Of a DNA stretch of 64,000 bases, positions 1 to 10,482 are shown piece by piece. The stretch spans positions 36,261 through 100,260 of the forward strand of contig CAVQVP010000005.1 in the NCBI GenBank assembly GCA_963717205.1. Direction: 5' to 3'. The position numbers and the translations under genes were made by a program. Source of the stretch: an uncultured Acidobacteriota bacterium. GTDB lineage: Bacteria; Acidobacteriota; Terriglobia; Terriglobales; Acidobacteriaceae. Each line of letters begins with the position of its first letter. Positions within the stretch are counted from its first letter, which is position 1. The notes under the pieces are model-generated. The model saw only the letters and a list, made by a program, of their open reading frames with translations, did no database searches and was not told the DNA's origin.

Positions 1-752
1 TCCTCTTTCCACTTGGGATTGACGTAGTTGCCACCAGGGCCCCAGAACTCCACCGAGGCAGTGACGTGGACGAGTGTAAGATGGGCACCGAACTCCGCGG
101 CTATTTGCGCGGCCCACGATACAGCTTGATGGCTACGCCCGCCGAAATCGACTGCGCACAGAACGTTGCGAATAGCGAACGCCTTTTGTGGCTGATGATG
201 TTTCTCTTCATGTCCATCAGACTCCGCCGGATGCGTGTCGCCCATGCCCACGCCCACGCCGCCAGACAGAAGCAGCAGGTTGCAGGCTTGTGATGGACGT
301 TCCGATTCTTCCACATGGGCGTCGGTCCAAACGGGGCACTCGCTCCCGCGTAGTACTTTCGCTGTCACAGAGCCTAGAAGAAACTGCTCGAAGGTGTAGC
401 CATGGGAGGGCATCATGATCAAGTCGGCCTTTTCCACCTGTGCCGTCTGCAAAATTGCCCGAGCCGGATTGCCTTTGACCAACACACGTCGAATGGCAAG
501 CCCTTCAAGTACCGGCCCTAGAGACTGGTCCTGGCTCTTCGCGGCACCTCTGGTGATCTCCGCGAGCATATCCCAACTAGCCGGCTCGGGGCCATCTTCC
601 GGCACACCAGTAGCATGCCTTTCTGCCTTCATGACGTGCAGCATCACGATCTCGGAATGAAAATGGTGGGCCAACATCGCAGCCTGATGAACTACACCCA
701 GCGAGGCTTTCGGGAAATCAACCGGCAGAAGAATCCTCTTAATATTCAGCAT
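1..752 (-). CDS. Universal stress protein with tandem UspA domains (N-terminal ~250 aa; C-terminus lies beyond the left edge)
   Basis: Own translation of the minus strand from ATG at 752: MLNIKRILLPVDFPKASLGVVHQAAMLAHHFHSEIVMLHV...GNPARAILQTAQVEKADLIMMPSHGYTFEQFLLGSVTAKVLRGSECPVW, then a second Usp repeat IRNVLCAVDFGGRSHQAVSWAAQIAAEFGAHLTLVHV. The frame stays open to base 1, so with no stop in the window it is missing from the ORF track. Confidence 0.8.
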   Translation of the reverse strand, partial: MLNIKRILLPVDFPKASLGVVHQAAMLAHHFHSEIVMLHVMKAERHATGVPEDGPEPASWDMLAEITRGAAKSQDQSLGPVLEGLAIRRVLVKGNPARAILQTAQVEKADLIMMPSHGYTFEQFLLGSVTAKVLRGSECPVWTDAHVEESERPSQACNLLLLSGGVGVGMGDTHPAESDGHEEKHHQPQKAFAIRNVLCAVDFGGRSHQAVSWAAQIAAEFGAHLTLVHVTASVEFWGPGGNYVNPKWKE

Positions 753-793
753 CGCGTCGGTCTCTCAGTTGATGACAACGAGAACGTCCCGCT

Positions 794-1270
794 TTAGCTA
801 CAACCTGCCTTGAGAGGATTTGGCCGGCCACGATCGTGTGGGGCGCTCAGGTCGGCGATGATTCTCCCCACGACTTCAGCGACAGCACGCTGCACTTGGG
901 GAGAGATCTCGGCACCGAGTTCAAATTGCCTTCCCTCGATTCCGTAGACCCGGAGCCGTATTGGAAGCTGATCCAGAACGTAAGCGAGTTCGATGGCTTC
1001 TGCGACACCCAGGCCATGGGTTGAAGTATTGATCCCGATGGAAGCCAGCTGGTGCCGTCCATCCCACACCTGAACCGTACCGCTTGGCGCACCGGTCACG
1101 ACCGTGTCGACCACGATCACATCGTCGGCACCCTTCCACGCCTCGATCAGATCCACAGCTTCGCCGGTGCGCAAGTCCGCTTCTATGCCCAGTTCCCGCA
1201 ATCGCTCCGCGACCAGGATTCCGGCCCCGTCGTCGCTTCGCTGCCGATTCCCGCAGCCAATGATGAGCAT
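794..1270 (-). CDS. [NiFe]-hydrogenase maturation endopeptidase (HoxW/HycI family)
   Basis: N-terminus MLIIGCGNRQRSDDGAGILV is typical of the family. It starts 4 nt after the large-subunit stop. The large subunit ends DPCISCATH plus a 13-aa tail, the kind of extension these proteases remove. Confidence 0.85.
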   Translation of the reverse strand: MLIIGCGNRQRSDDGAGILVAERLRELGIEADLRTGEAVDLIEAWKGADDVIVVDTVVTGAPSGTVQVWDGRHQLASIGINTSTHGLGVAEAIELAYVLDQLPIRLRVYGIEGRQFELGAEISPQVQRAVAEVVGRIIADLSAPHDRGRPNPLKAGCS

Positions 1271-1273
1271 GCC

Positions 1274-2584
1274 TCAGTCCTGGACGTCTTCGCGCTCCAC
1301 CACAACCTGCAGGAAGTGAGTGGCGCAGGAAATGCACGGGTCGTAACTCCGTACCTCCTGCTCGCATTTCCAGGTCGCTTCTTCGATCGGCCAAGCCACC
1401 AACTGCGCCGCATACTCGCGAAGATCATCCTCGATTCGTTTCTGGTTCTGAGAGGTCGGCGGCACGATCTTGGCGGTGACGATCAGCCCGTTTTCATCCA
1501 GGGCGTAGCGGTGATAGAGAATCCCGCGGGGCGCCTCAGTGATCGCCTGACCGACACCTATTCTGTTGTGGACCTCGACCCGTGGCGCGGCCGGAGGCTG
1601 GTATTCGTGAATGGCTCGCAACGCCTCCGCACAGGCGAAGACGAGTTCGACTGCGCGGACCACGATGCTTCGGAAAATGTTCTTTACGGGCGGTCGTAGG
1701 CCCGCATCGATCGCCGCCTTGCGTGCCACCTCAGGCAGCTTGTCGAAATTCAAGTTAAACCGTGCCAGCGGGCCTACGAGGTACGAGCCTCTTCCTCGCA
1801 CTACGGAGTGCAAGGCGTTGGAGTGCTTGACATGCAACTCGACAAAGTGATCTTCGTATTCCGCGGCGTCGATGTCCAGACCACGATTCGACACCAATCG
1901 TCCTTCATTGAACGGATACTCATCCGCATGACGAAGTGCTACGAACTCGTAGTCCTGCTCGAAGGTGGGGAACTGCAGACCAGCCGTCCAGTGCACAGTT
2001 TCCAGCGAGGCTTCGAGAGCCCATTCCAGATCGTCCACCAAATCGCGTAGCTGTTGCTTGGTGGGTGTCTTGTAAAAGCCCCCGACCGCCGCGGAGATGG
2101 GATGGATTTCGCGTCCGCCAAGCAATTGGACAATCCGATTGCCAGTCTTCTTCAGCCGGAGGGCTTTTTCCACCAAGGCTCGATGATCGCGCGCCATGGC
2201 GATTACGTCCTGGTAGCCGAGGAAATCGGGCGCGTGCAACATGTAAACATGCAGGGCATGACTTTCGATCCACTCGCCACAGTAAAAGAGACGACGGAGC
2301 AGGCGAATCGCAGGGTCGATCGCGATTCCCAGAGCCCGTTCGATCGCGTGCACGGCGCTCATCTGGTAAGCGATAGGGCAGATGCCACAAATCCGGGAGG
2401 TGATGTCGGGAGCTTCGGAGAAATGACGACCGCGAAGGAAGGCCTCAAAAAAACGCGGCGGTTCGTAGATCTTGAGTTTCACATCGGCTACGCGTTCACC
2501 CACGAGTTTGATGTATAAGGAGCCCTCGCCTTCCACGCGGGCCAGCGTGTCGACATGAATTGTTCTCGCTCCGCGTCCGGTCAT
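1274..2584 (-). CDS. hyhL: [NiFe]-hydrogenase large (alpha) subunit, group 3b-like
   Basis: N-terminal [10 protein letters not shown] and C-terminal DPCISCATH metal-ligand motifs. The 436-aa size and the partner set (FeS beta, FAD/NAD gamma, small delta) match sulfhydrogenase-type group 3b. ATGA overlap with the small subunit. Confidence 0.9.
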   Translation of the reverse strand: MTGRGARTIHVDTLARVEGEGSLYIKLVGERVADVKLKIYEPPRFFEAFLRGRHFSEAPDITSRICGICPIAYQMSAVHAIERALGIAIDPAIRLLRRLFYCGEWIESHALHVYMLHAPDFLGYQDVIAMARDHRALVEKALRLKKTGNRIVQLLGGREIHPISAAVGGFYKTPTKQQLRDLVDDLEWALEASLETVHWTAGLQFPTFEQDYEFVALRHADEYPFNEGRLVSNRGLDIDAAEYEDHFVELHVKHSNALHSVVRGRGSYLVGPLARFNLNFDKLPEVARKAAIDAGLRPPVKNIFRSIVVRAVELVFACAEALRAIHEYQPPAAPRVEVHNRIGVGQAITEAPRGILYHRYALDENGLIVTAKIVPPTSQNQKRIEDDLREYAAQLVAWPIEEATWKCEQEVRSYDPCISCATHFLQVVVEREDVQD

Positions 2585-3369
2585 GTCCGCTCACACTCCT
2601 CACTGGCCTTGCGGAACTGCCAAGCCCAGGCGTTGAATCCACGGAATGCACGTGCCACCTGAGTGTCCGATTGTCCCAGAATTCGGAACTGGCTCGTTAG
2701 CGAGGCTGTATTAGGAGTCTCCATGGGTCCGTAACACCCGTAGCAGCCACGGTCGTAGCTTGGGCACAGCGCTCCGCACCCCGCTTGAGTTACCGGGCCA
2801 AGGCAAGGAACCCCGCGGGCCACAGCAATGCACACGTTCGCCTTGCGCTTACACTCGATACACACACTGAATGAAGGAACATTCGGCTTGCGCCCAGCCA
2901 GCGTCGCGGTGATCAATTCTACGAGTTGGTATTTGTTGATCGGGCAACCGCGCAGTTCGAAATCGACCGGAACGTGTTCAGCTATGGGCGTTGAGAGCTT
3001 CAGCGTGCTGATGAACTGCGGTGTGGCGTAGACGACTCTGATGAACTCATCGACATCTTTCCAGTTGCGCAGAGCTTGAATGCCACCAGCAGTAGCACAC
3101 GCCCCAATTGTGATCAGAGTCTTGCATTGCCTCCGCACTTCCTGGATGCGCTGGGCATCTTGATACGTGGTAATCGACCCCTCGACCAGACCGATATCGT
3201 AAGGACCTTTCGACATCGCGCGTGAAGCTTCAGGAAAATAAGCAATATCCACGGCCCCAGCAATGCCGAGCAGTTCATCTTCTGCGTCGAGCAGGGTTAA
3301 TTGACAGCCGTCGCACGAAGCGAATTTGAAAACACCAATTTTGGGCTTATGTTTTGATTTAGAGCTCAT
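2581..3369 (-). CDS. hyhS: [NiFe]-hydrogenase small (delta) subunit
   Basis: [14 protein letters not shown] proximal-cluster motif, with further Cys clusters ([30 protein letters not shown]). I prefer ATG 3369 ([14 protein letters not shown]) over the track start at 3471, which would overlap the gamma gene by more than 100 nt. Confidence 0.85.
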   Translation of the reverse strand: MSSKSKHKPKIGVFKFASCDGCQLTLLDAEDELLGIAGAVDIAYFPEASRAMSKGPYDIGLVEGSITTYQDAQRIQEVRRQCKTLITIGACATAGGIQALRNWKDVDEFIRVVYATPQFISTLKLSTPIAEHVPVDFELRGCPINKYQLVELITATLAGRKPNVPSFSVCIECKRKANVCIAVARGVPCLGPVTQAGCGALCPSYDRGCYGCYGPMETPNTASLTSQFRILGQSDTQVARAFRGFNAWAWQFRKASEECERT

Positions 3370-4210
3370 ACTTCTCCAGCAGTTTCCGGATCTTCTCGTA
3401 ACGGAAAACAGGCCCGTCCTTGCAGATGAAGTGTGGTCCATACTGGCAATGGCCGCAAAAACCGACGGCACACTTCATGTTCCGTTCCATCGCAACGTAT
3501 ATATCGTCGCAGCTAAGCCCATGCATTTCCAGCTCCCGTGTGACGAAGCGCATCATGATCTCAGGACCGCAGACCATCGCGACCGAACTCGCTGGCTGCA
3601 GGCGGGAGTATTTGAACAATGTCGTGACTACACCAACGTGGCCCCGCCAGTTCAGGCCACCATAGTCGACCGTGACCAGCACTTGAGTCTCGCGGTTGCG
3701 AGCCCATGTCGCCAGTTCCTTGCGATACAGAAGGTCGCGTGGGCTGCGCCCTCCGTAGAGTATTACCAATCGCCCATAGTCTTTCCGATTCTGCAAGACG
3801 TGATAGATCATAGGCCGCAATGGCGCCAGGCCGATGCCGCCAGCCACCACGATGACGTCTCTTCCGCGCGCAGCCTCTACCGGCCAGCCTGCCCCGAAGG
3901 GACCTCGTACACCCACGCCGTCGCCTACTTCCCGATTCACCAGCGCATGAGTAGCCTGGCCCACTGAACGAACTGTGTAGACCAAGCGGTCGTGCAACGC
4001 TGGATCACCACTGATGGAGATTGGCAACTCGCCAACTCCGAACACCCACAGCATGCTGAACTGCCCGGGCTGGAATAAACTTCCGTTCACTTGGTTCTCG
4101 GGCTCGAGCCTCAAGGTAAATGTATCCGGCGTCTCCTTGGCCACCTGTCGTACGGAGTACGGCTGGGGAAGCATCGGGTCGCTTGCGATTGCGGTTGCCA
4201 TCGTCGTCAT
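3359..4210 (-). CDS. hyhG: Hydrogenase gamma subunit, FAD/NAD(P)-binding oxidoreductase with C-terminal 2Fe-2S motif
   Basis: Ferredoxin-reductase-type motifs ([23 protein letters not shown]) and C-terminal [10 protein letters not shown]. Sits between the beta and small subunits. Confidence 0.85.
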   Translation of the reverse strand: MTTMATAIASDPMLPQPYSVRQVAKETPDTFTLRLEPENQVNGSLFQPGQFSMLWVFGVGELPISISGDPALHDRLVYTVRSVGQATHALVNREVGDGVGVRGPFGAGWPVEAARGRDVIVVAGGIGLAPLRPMIYHVLQNRKDYGRLVILYGGRSPRDLLYRKELATWARNRETQVLVTVDYGGLNWRGHVGVVTTLFKYSRLQPASSVAMVCGPEIMMRFVTRELEMHGLSCDDIYVAMERNMKCAVGFCGHCQYGPHFICKDGPVFRYEKIRKLLEKYEL

Positions 4211-4665
4211 CTGACCGCGTATACATCAAGCAACTGCAAGCGCGTCGCCTCCAGTCGCTGCTCTATGATCTGCACCAATCGCTTCAAAACCTCGTAGCCC
4301 AGATCGTGGTTCTCCTCGCACTTCGTTCGCAAACACTTTCCATCGAGCGCAATGGCGCGCACGTCATCGACAGCGCGCGCGTGGAATTTCCATTGAAATG
4401 GCGGCAACAGCCACGACCACCCCAGGATTTCTCCCACGCTCAAGGTCGAAACGATAATTGGCTTGTGCTGGGGTGCCAGAACCTCGAGGGCAACCTTCCC
4501 TTCCCGAATGAGGTAAAAGGTGTTGGCCGGGTCTCCTTCCCTGAGAATATAGGTGCCTGCTTTGAACCGCATGTTTGAGGCACAGCTCACCATCAGATTC
4601 GTGAAGCTGTCATCTAGACCGACGAAGAACGGGTGCTCCGCAATGATGCGTTCAAGGCTTTCCAT
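4207..4665 (-). CDS. Stand-alone cyclic-nucleotide-binding (CAP effector) domain protein, no HTH
   Basis: 152 aa. [29 protein letters not shown]...[11 protein letters not shown] fits the cNMP-binding beta-roll. ATGA overlap with gamma (4207-4210) and a 14-nt overlap with beta. Confidence 0.8.
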   Translation of the reverse strand: MESLERIIAEHPFFVGLDDSFTNLMVSCASNMRFKAGTYILREGDPANTFYLIREGKVALEVLAPQHKPIIVSTLSVGEILGWSWLLPPFQWKFHARAVDDVRAIALDGKCLRTKCEENHDLGYEVLKRLVQIIEQRLEATRLQLLDVYAVR

Positions 4666-5818
4666 GCTTGCCTCCTTCCCGAATCGCCCTTACCTCCTCG
4701 GTGATGTCGATACCTACCGGGCACCAGGTTATGCAACGACCGCAGCCAACACATCCCGAACTGCCGAACTGGTCGATCCAGGAGGCCAGCTTGTGAGTCA
4801 TCCACTGCCGATAGCGTGCTTTGGCGGACGTTCGGACACTGCCTCCGTGAATATAGGAGAAGCTTTGTGTGAAGCAGGAATCCCAGCGGCGCCAGCGTTC
4901 GGCGTGCTCTCCGGTAATGTCAGTTACATCCTCCACAGAGGTGCAGAAGCATGTGGGGCAAACCATCGTGCAGTTGGCACACGTCAGGCAACGGCTGGCC
5001 ACGTCGTCCCAGCGCGGATGCTCAAAGTTCTCGTAGAGAAGCTCTTTGATGCCAGTGGTATCGATGCTACGCACCTGCTGGTGCGCCGCCGCGTTCACCC
5101 TCGCTCCGGCTTCCTGGCAGTCTGCTGCGGTAGCTGGAACCGTTTCCAACTCAGTCAGTATCTCGGCGCCGCGATCGCTACCCGCATCTACCAGGAAGCG
5201 GTGCCCCTCGGACCCCAGGAGTTCTGTGAGAACAAGGTCAAAGCCATTTGACACCAGCGGACCCGTTCCCATCGACGCGCAGAAACATGTTGCCGACGCC
5301 TGGGTGCACTGTATAGCGAGGATGAACGCACCACGGCGATTCTGGTCATAGATGGGATCAATGTATTTGTCTTCGAGCAGCACGCGATCTTGCACGGCGA
5401 TGGCCGCCAGTTCGCATGCTCGAGCTCCCAGGAACGCACGTGGACGTTCGGGCTTTTTTTCATTGTTGAGGATCCGGAACGTCTCACCCCGGCGCTCGGC
5501 CGACCAGAGTCGGACGTCCGCCGGATGCAGGTAATTCTTCCAGCTCTGTGGTCCCACTGCGTATCCGAAAAAGGCATCATCTTCGCGGCGCTTCAGGCGA
5601 TAACGCCCCGGTTCCTGTTCGTCGGTCCATCCAGCGGGTAGATCCTCGACTGACTCAACCTTGTCGTAGACGATCGCCCCGTCGCGCAGCCGGGGCCCGA
5701 TGACTTCATAGCCCCTGCGCACCAATGCCTCAATCAGCTTCCCCAACTGGTCTGCGCCTAGGATATGCTCCGATCGCTGAGCCACAGGATTCTCCGCATT
5801 TTCACGCGTCGCCAACAC
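4652..5818 (-). CDS. hyhB: Hydrogenase beta subunit, 4Fe-4S dicluster protein (HydB/AsrA-like)
   Basis: Ferredoxin-type motifs [14 protein letters not shown] and [12 protein letters not shown]. First gene of the operon. Confidence 0.85.
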   Translation of the reverse strand: MLATRENAENPVAQRSEHILGADQLGKLIEALVRRGYEVIGPRLRDGAIVYDKVESVEDLPAGWTDEQEPGRYRLKRREDDAFFGYAVGPQSWKNYLHPADVRLWSAERRGETFRILNNEKKPERPRAFLGARACELAAIAVQDRVLLEDKYIDPIYDQNRRGAFILAIQCTQASATCFCASMGTGPLVSNGFDLVLTELLGSEGHRFLVDAGSDRGAEILTELETVPATAADCQEAGARVNAAAHQQVRSIDTTGIKELLYENFEHPRWDDVASRCLTCANCTMVCPTCFCTSVEDVTDITGEHAERWRRWDSCFTQSFSYIHGGSVRTSAKARYRQWMTHKLASWIDQFGSSGCVGCGRCITWCPVGIDITEEVRAIREGGKHGKP

Positions 5819-6180
5819 GCCTCCGGCGGCAACAGTTAAGACTACTCCTTTTTTGCGCCCCGTCTGCCGGGAGAGTCCGTCTGCGCTGGATGCCTCCTTC
5901 GCGATTAATTAGTTCGAGCCCCGTGGGATTTCTGCAGATCGAGGATTCTCTCGCGCGGCTACCGGCAATGCCCGAACAGCGTCGCCAGTTCTAGTCGACG
6001 ATCCGAAGATGTGCCCACTCATGGTTAGAAACCCGCGGTTTTCCACTTGGAAAGGCTTTGATTATCGCGTTTCCCCGTACAATTTGTGGCGAGCCATCCG
6101 GGTAATTGGCTCACTGCATCTCCCGCTCGGGCGTAACATCTAATGTGGTGGGATCCATTTAACTTGAGACCGACAACATT

Positions 6181-7038
6181 ATGGGAAACACATTTAAGAC
6201 GGCGTTTCTGCTGACGGCGCTGACGCTGCTGCTGATGTTTATTGGGCGGTACTTTGGCGGGCAGAGTGGAATGTTGCTGGCGCTGGTGTTTGCCGCGGTG
6301 ATGAACTTCGTCTCCTATTTCTTTTCGGACAAGATTGCACTGGCTATGTACCGGGCGAAGCCGGTGACGCGCGAGGAGCTGCCGCGGGCTTACGCGGCGG
6401 TGGAGCGGCTGGCGCCGAAGATGGGCATACCGATGCCGAAGATTTATGTGATCCCGACGGAGTCGCCGAATGCGTTTGCCACGGGACGGAATCCGAAGCA
6501 CGCCTCGGTCGCGGTGACGCATGGAATCCTGGGGCTGCTCAATGACGAAGAGCTGGAAGGTGTGCTGGCGCACGAACTGGGGCACGTGAATAATCGCGAC
6601 ATCCTTATCAGTTCGGTGGCGGCGACCATTGCGGGCGCGATTACCATGCTGGCCAGCATGGGGCGCTTTGCCATGATTTTTGGCGGCGGCGGAGGCCGCG
6701 ACGACCGGCGAGGCGGCGGGCTGGCGGGCCTGTTTATGCTAATTCTGGCTCCGATTGCGGCGAGCTTGATTCAACTGGCGGTATCGCGCTCGCGCGAGTA
6801 TCAGGCGGACGCGACCGGTGCGCATTTTACGGGGAATCCGTATGCGCTGGCGAGCGCGCTGCAGAAGCTGGACGCTTACTCGCGGCAGGTGCCGATGGCG
6901 GCTTCGCCGTCGACGGCGCATCTGTTTATTATCCAGCCGCTGCTGGGAATGAATTTTGGGAATCTGTTTTCGACGCATCCTCCGATTGCCAAGCGGATTG
7001 AGCGGCTCACGGGCAGGCCGGCGGAGTTTATGCAGTAA
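6181..7038 (+). CDS. htpX: Zinc metalloprotease HtpX
   Basis: HELGH zinc motif, N-terminal TM helices, C-terminal [10 protein letters not shown]. 285 aa. Confidence 0.9.
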   Translation: MGNTFKTAFLLTALTLLLMFIGRYFGGQSGMLLALVFAAVMNFVSYFFSDKIALAMYRAKPVTREELPRAYAAVERLAPKMGIPMPKIYVIPTESPNAFATGRNPKHASVAVTHGILGLLNDEELEGVLAHELGHVNNRDILISSVAATIAGAITMLASMGRFAMIFGGGGGRDDRRGGGLAGLFMLILAPIAASLIQLAVSRSREYQADATGAHFTGNPYALASALQKLDAYSRQVPMAASPSTAHLFIIQPLLGMNFGNLFSTHPPIAKRIERLTGRPAEFMQ

Positions 7039-7118
7039 GACGCTGTCAGCGATCAGCTTTTCCGTTGCGCAAGATTGGCACGTGCCTTCGTTCTGAAGTC
7101 GTGACAGCGGAGGCGAAA

Positions 7119-7160
7119 GCAGGTTCCTCCCCTTCGCTCTGCTCAGGTCGGAATGACAAG
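7119..7160 (+). repeat. REP-like element family A, copy 1 (GCAGGTTCCTCC...GGTCGGAATGACAAG)
   Basis: Intergenic, downstream of htpX. Near-identical ends to the copies at 40536-40575 (+) and 26338-26387 (-). Confidence 0.75.
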
Positions 7161-7288
7161 TGTTATTTATATTGCAGCTGAGAGGCGCTTCACGGTTTTG
7201 CTGGGAGCTTACGGCTGAGAGCTGAAAGCTGAAGTCCTGTGACATCCGTAACTCCGTCACGGCTGCGCCGGATAGTAAAATCCAGTCA

Positions 7289-8251
7289 ATGTCTCCTGAG
7301 AGTGCGATCGCCGTATCCCATAAGGCAGCTGAGTTGGAAAAGGCGCTTCGCCGCGTGATTCGCGGCAAGGACGACGTGGTGCGGCTGGCGCTGGTCAGTA
7401 TTTTTGCGCGCGGGCATCTGCTGATTGAGGGTGTGCCAGGAGTGGGCAAAACCACGCTGGGGCAGGCGTTGGCGCGGGCCATCGATTGCACGTTTCAGCG
7501 CGTGCAGTTTACCAGCGATATGCTGCCCTCCGATGTGCTTGGGATCTCGGTGTATTCGGCGCTGGAGCAGGAGTTTGAGTTCAAGCGCGGGCCAGTTTTC
7601 ACCAACGTCCTGCTGGCGGATGAGATTAACCGGACAACTCCGAAGACGCAATCGGCGCTGCTGGAGGCGATGAACGAAGGTCAGGTCACGGTGGACGCGC
7701 ACTCTTACGAATTGCCGCAGCCGTTTCTGGTGATCGCGACGCAGAATCCGGTGGAGCATCATGGAACGTATCCGCTGCCGGAATCGCAGTTGGACCGATT
7801 TTTGATGCGGGTGAGAATGGGATATCCGGAGGCGGCGGCGGAGCGGGAAATTTTGCGGTCTGTGGCGGGAGTGGAAGTGTTGCAGAGTATGCGGCCGGTG
7901 CTGAGCGGGGCTGACGTGCTCGAGATGCAAGAGGCTGTTAAACAGATACGCGTAGATGAATCGTTAGTGAGCTACGCTTTGGAAATTGTGCGGCGGACGC
8001 GGGAGTCGGAATATTTGTCGTTGGGAGTTTCGCCGCGCGGGGCGCAGGCTCTTTACCGCGCAGCCCAGGCGATGGCATTTCTTGATGGGCGAAGCTTCTG
8101 CACCCCGGAGGACTTCAAGCCGCTCGCTGTGCCGGTGTTTGCACACCGCGTGGTGGTGGTTAACGGCGGGTACGCTTCGACGCTGAAGAAGTCGGAGCAG
8201 GCTGATCTGGTTTTGAAAGAGATTGTGGAGAATGTGGCTGTGCCGGTGTAG
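7289..8251 (+). CDS. MoxR-family AAA+ ATPase
   Basis: Walker A GVPGVGKT, Walker B LLADEINR, length 320 aa. C-terminal region is typical of AAA_3/MoxR. Confidence 0.9.
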   Translation: MSPESAIAVSHKAAELEKALRRVIRGKDDVVRLALVSIFARGHLLIEGVPGVGKTTLGQALARAIDCTFQRVQFTSDMLPSDVLGISVYSALEQEFEFKRGPVFTNVLLADEINRTTPKTQSALLEAMNEGQVTVDAHSYELPQPFLVIATQNPVEHHGTYPLPESQLDRFLMRVRMGYPEAAAEREILRSVAGVEVLQSMRPVLSGADVLEMQEAVKQIRVDESLVSYALEIVRRTRESEYLSLGVSPRGAQALYRAAQAMAFLDGRSFCTPEDFKPLAVPVFAHRVVVVNGGYASTLKKSEQADLVLKEIVENVAVPV

Positions 8252-8352
8252 GTGTCGAACTCTTCTTCCGGTTTGCTGACCAGAAACGTCCGAACAGCCC
8301 ACTTCTCTCGCAAAGGCGCTGCGAGAAAGGGGCACCCTGGCGGAGTATCAAA

Positions 8353-8634
8353 ATGCGGCTGTCACTGAGCAGTCTGGGACGAACGTTTGGCGGTCTAGGG
8401 ACACTTCTTCTGGCGATTAGTTTTGCATTGGAGAGCCATGCGAAAGCACGCCCAAGAGCGGCGGAGGTACAATCCGGGCGCATTTATCCGCTCAACGTTC
8501 ACGGGATCGTGTACGTGACAGGCAGCGAGCAGTTTCATCTGCATATCTTGGACATTGGAGCGGCGATTTGTATGGTCTTGTTTGCGTTGGTGGTTTGCCT
8601 TGACATCAGAAAGCGCAAGCGAGAGGTGAGGTAG
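8353..8634 (+). CDS. Hypothetical small membrane protein
   Basis: ORF only, with two hydrophobic segments. No recognisable family. Confidence 0.3.
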   Translation: MRLSLSSLGRTFGGLGTLLLAISFALESHAKARPRAAEVQSGRIYPLNVHGIVYVTGSEQFHLHILDIGAAICMVLFALVVCLDIRKRKREVR

Positions 8635-8710
8635 AGAATAATTCTCTCCGGCCTCGCGGAGACTGTGAGTTCTGCTTTCGGTTTCCCGCGTGAGCATATA
8701 ATTCCCGGCT

Positions 8711-9193
8711 ATGTCCTTCCTGCGATTCCTCATGCTGCTGTCACTTATCTGCTGGATCGGTGGGCTCATCTTTTTTGCGTTTGTGCTTGCGCCTACGGCG
8801 TTTTCTGTTTTGCCCACAACTCATCTCGCGGGCAATGTAGTTGGCCGCGCCCTGGGGAAGTTGCACTGGATCGGCTTCATCTCGGGGATCGTGTATCTGA
8901 TCAGTTCCCTGCTCTACAGTCGCCTTATTGACGGTACTCCGCATCTATTTGCGGTGCGGCATGTGCTTTTATGTTTGATGCTGGCGCTGGCGCTGATCTC
9001 GCAGTTCGGCATCATTCCGCGCATGGACGTTTTGCGGGCGTCGTTGGGTGAGGTGAGTGCGGCGCCGATTGACAATCCTGAGCGGGTTCAGTTCGATGCA
9101 CTGCATGTATGGTCGACGCGCGTGGAGGGTGCGGTGCTGCTGCTGGGGTTAATCGTCGCGTATCTCACGGCGCAACAGCTCGGAGTGCGCTAG
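8711..9193 (+). CDS. Membrane protein, DUF4149-like
   Basis: 160 aa with four hydrophobic helices. Resemblance to DUF4149 is from memory only. Confidence 0.5.
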   Translation: MSFLRFLMLLSLICWIGGLIFFAFVLAPTAFSVLPTTHLAGNVVGRALGKLHWIGFISGIVYLISSLLYSRLIDGTPHLFAVRHVLLCLMLALALISQFGIIPRMDVLRASLGEVSAAPIDNPERVQFDALHVWSTRVEGAVLLLGLIVAYLTAQQLGVR

Positions 9194-9396
9194 GTTGCGC
9201 GAGGTCCGTGGTGGTCTGCGCCGGGCTTCGCCCAGGCTTGGACAGCCGAGGCGGCTGTCCCCACATGAGTGTTGCTGGCTCTCCACGCTTGGGTGATCCC
9301 CATAACATCATTTATCCTGAACTGTTTGGCCTTCGCCGTTGATCAAGCCGACGACTTCACGGTGAGCCAAGAGCTAACAGCTAAGAGCTTTCCCTT

Positions 9397-10482
9397 ATGA
9401 AAACCGGCATTATCGGCCTGCCTCAGGTGGGCAAAACATCGCTGTTTCGGATTTTGACCAAGGCGCATCTTTCGGACCAGGCGCGAGCGAATCCTCGTGA
9501 GGCTCATATTGGTGTGGCCAAGGTTCCCGACGACCGGCTCGATCGGCTGGCCGCGCTTTACAACCCGAAGAAGTTAACGCATACGTCGGTGGAATACGTC
9601 GATGTGGGCGCCATTGGGCAGGAAGCGTTGAAAGACAGTGCGTATGCGGCGCACTTGCGCAATGTGGATGCATTGGCGCATGTGGTGCGCGTATTTGATG
9701 ATCCGTCGGTTCCGCACACCGGGGAGATCGATCCGCTGCGCGATATCAAGAACGTTGAATTCGATCTGCTGGTGAGCGACCTGGGGCAGATCGAAAAGCG
9801 GCTGGAGCGGCTGGAAAAAGATCTGAAGAAGATGAAGACGCCGGAGCTCGAAAAAGAGTTCGAATTGCTGAAGCGGGCTAAGGCGCAGGTGGAATCCGAC
9901 AAGCCTTTGCGTGCAATGGAGATGACTCCCGAGGACAAGAAGCGCATCAAGGGCTTCATGTTCCTCAGCGAGAAGCCGATTTTCTATGTGCTCAACATTG
10001 GCGAATCAACGGAGTTAGGGAAAGAGCTGGAAGGGGCGGTGAGCAAATATAAACTCACCGAGATTGCCGCGCGGACCAATGCAGCGGCTACTGCGATTTG
10101 CGGCAAGGTCGAGGCGGAACTTGCAGAGATGAGCGATGCCGATGCAGCGGAGTTTCTTTCCAGCTACGGATTGACGGAAAGCGGGCTGGCGCGGCTGATT
10201 CGTACTACTTATAAATTGCTTGGCCTGATTTCATTCTTTACTGCTGGAGAAGATGAGTGCCGCGCCTGGCAGGTCCCCGCGCATTCGCGGGCGCAGGACG
10301 CGGCGGGGGCGATTCACTCTGATCTGGAGAAGCATTTCATCCGCGCGGAAACCATTCGCTGGGATCAATTGCTGGAGGCTGGATCGGAAGCCAATGCTCG
10401 CGCCAAAGGGACGCTGCGACTCGAGGGCAAGGACTACATCGTGCAAGACGGAGATGTAATGCATATCCGGCACTCGGGGTGA
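9397..10482 (+). CDS. ychF: Redox-regulated ribosome-binding ATPase YchF
   Basis: P-loop GLPQVGKTS, coiled-coil insert, C-terminal TGS-like ECRAWQVP...IHSDLEKHFIRAE. 361 aa. Confidence 0.95.
   Translation: MKTGIIGLPQVGKTSLFRILTKAHLSDQARANPREAHIGVAKVPDDRLDRLAALYNPKKLTHTSVEYVDVGAIGQEALKDSAYAAHLRNVDALAHVVRVFDDPSVPHTGEIDPLRDIKNVEFDLLVSDLGQIEKRLERLEKDLKKMKTPELEKEFELLKRAKAQVESDKPLRAMEMTPEDKKRIKGFMFLSEKPIFYVLNIGESTELGKELEGAVSKYKLTEIAARTNAAATAICGKVEAELAEMSDADAAEFLSSYGLTESGLARLIRTTYKLLGLISFFTAGEDECRAWQVPAHSRAQDAAGAIHSDLEKHFIRAETIRWDQLLEAGSEANARAKGTLRLEGKDYIVQDGDVMHIRHSG

Noticed and set aside
2581-3471. Over-extended track ORFs (2581-3471, 47234-48031, 47893-49539, 51920-52471, 10553-10957, 62224-62796, 32187-32414)
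   Set aside because: The N-terminal extensions overlap upstream genes or lack homology-like sequence. Internal starts with better RBS or family-typical N-termini were chosen instead, as noted in the features.
6058-6083. TTGATT ... TACAAT as an htpX promoter
   Set aside because: The hexamers look good but the spacer is only 14 nt by my count, outside the usual 16-18 nt, and promoter rules for this lineage are uncertain.
6025-7930. Minus-strand ORFs 6025-6585, 6739-7491 and 7286-7930, antisense to htpX and MoxR
   Set aside because: Their R/Q/H-rich low-complexity translations overlap well-supported genes, so they are shadow ORFs.
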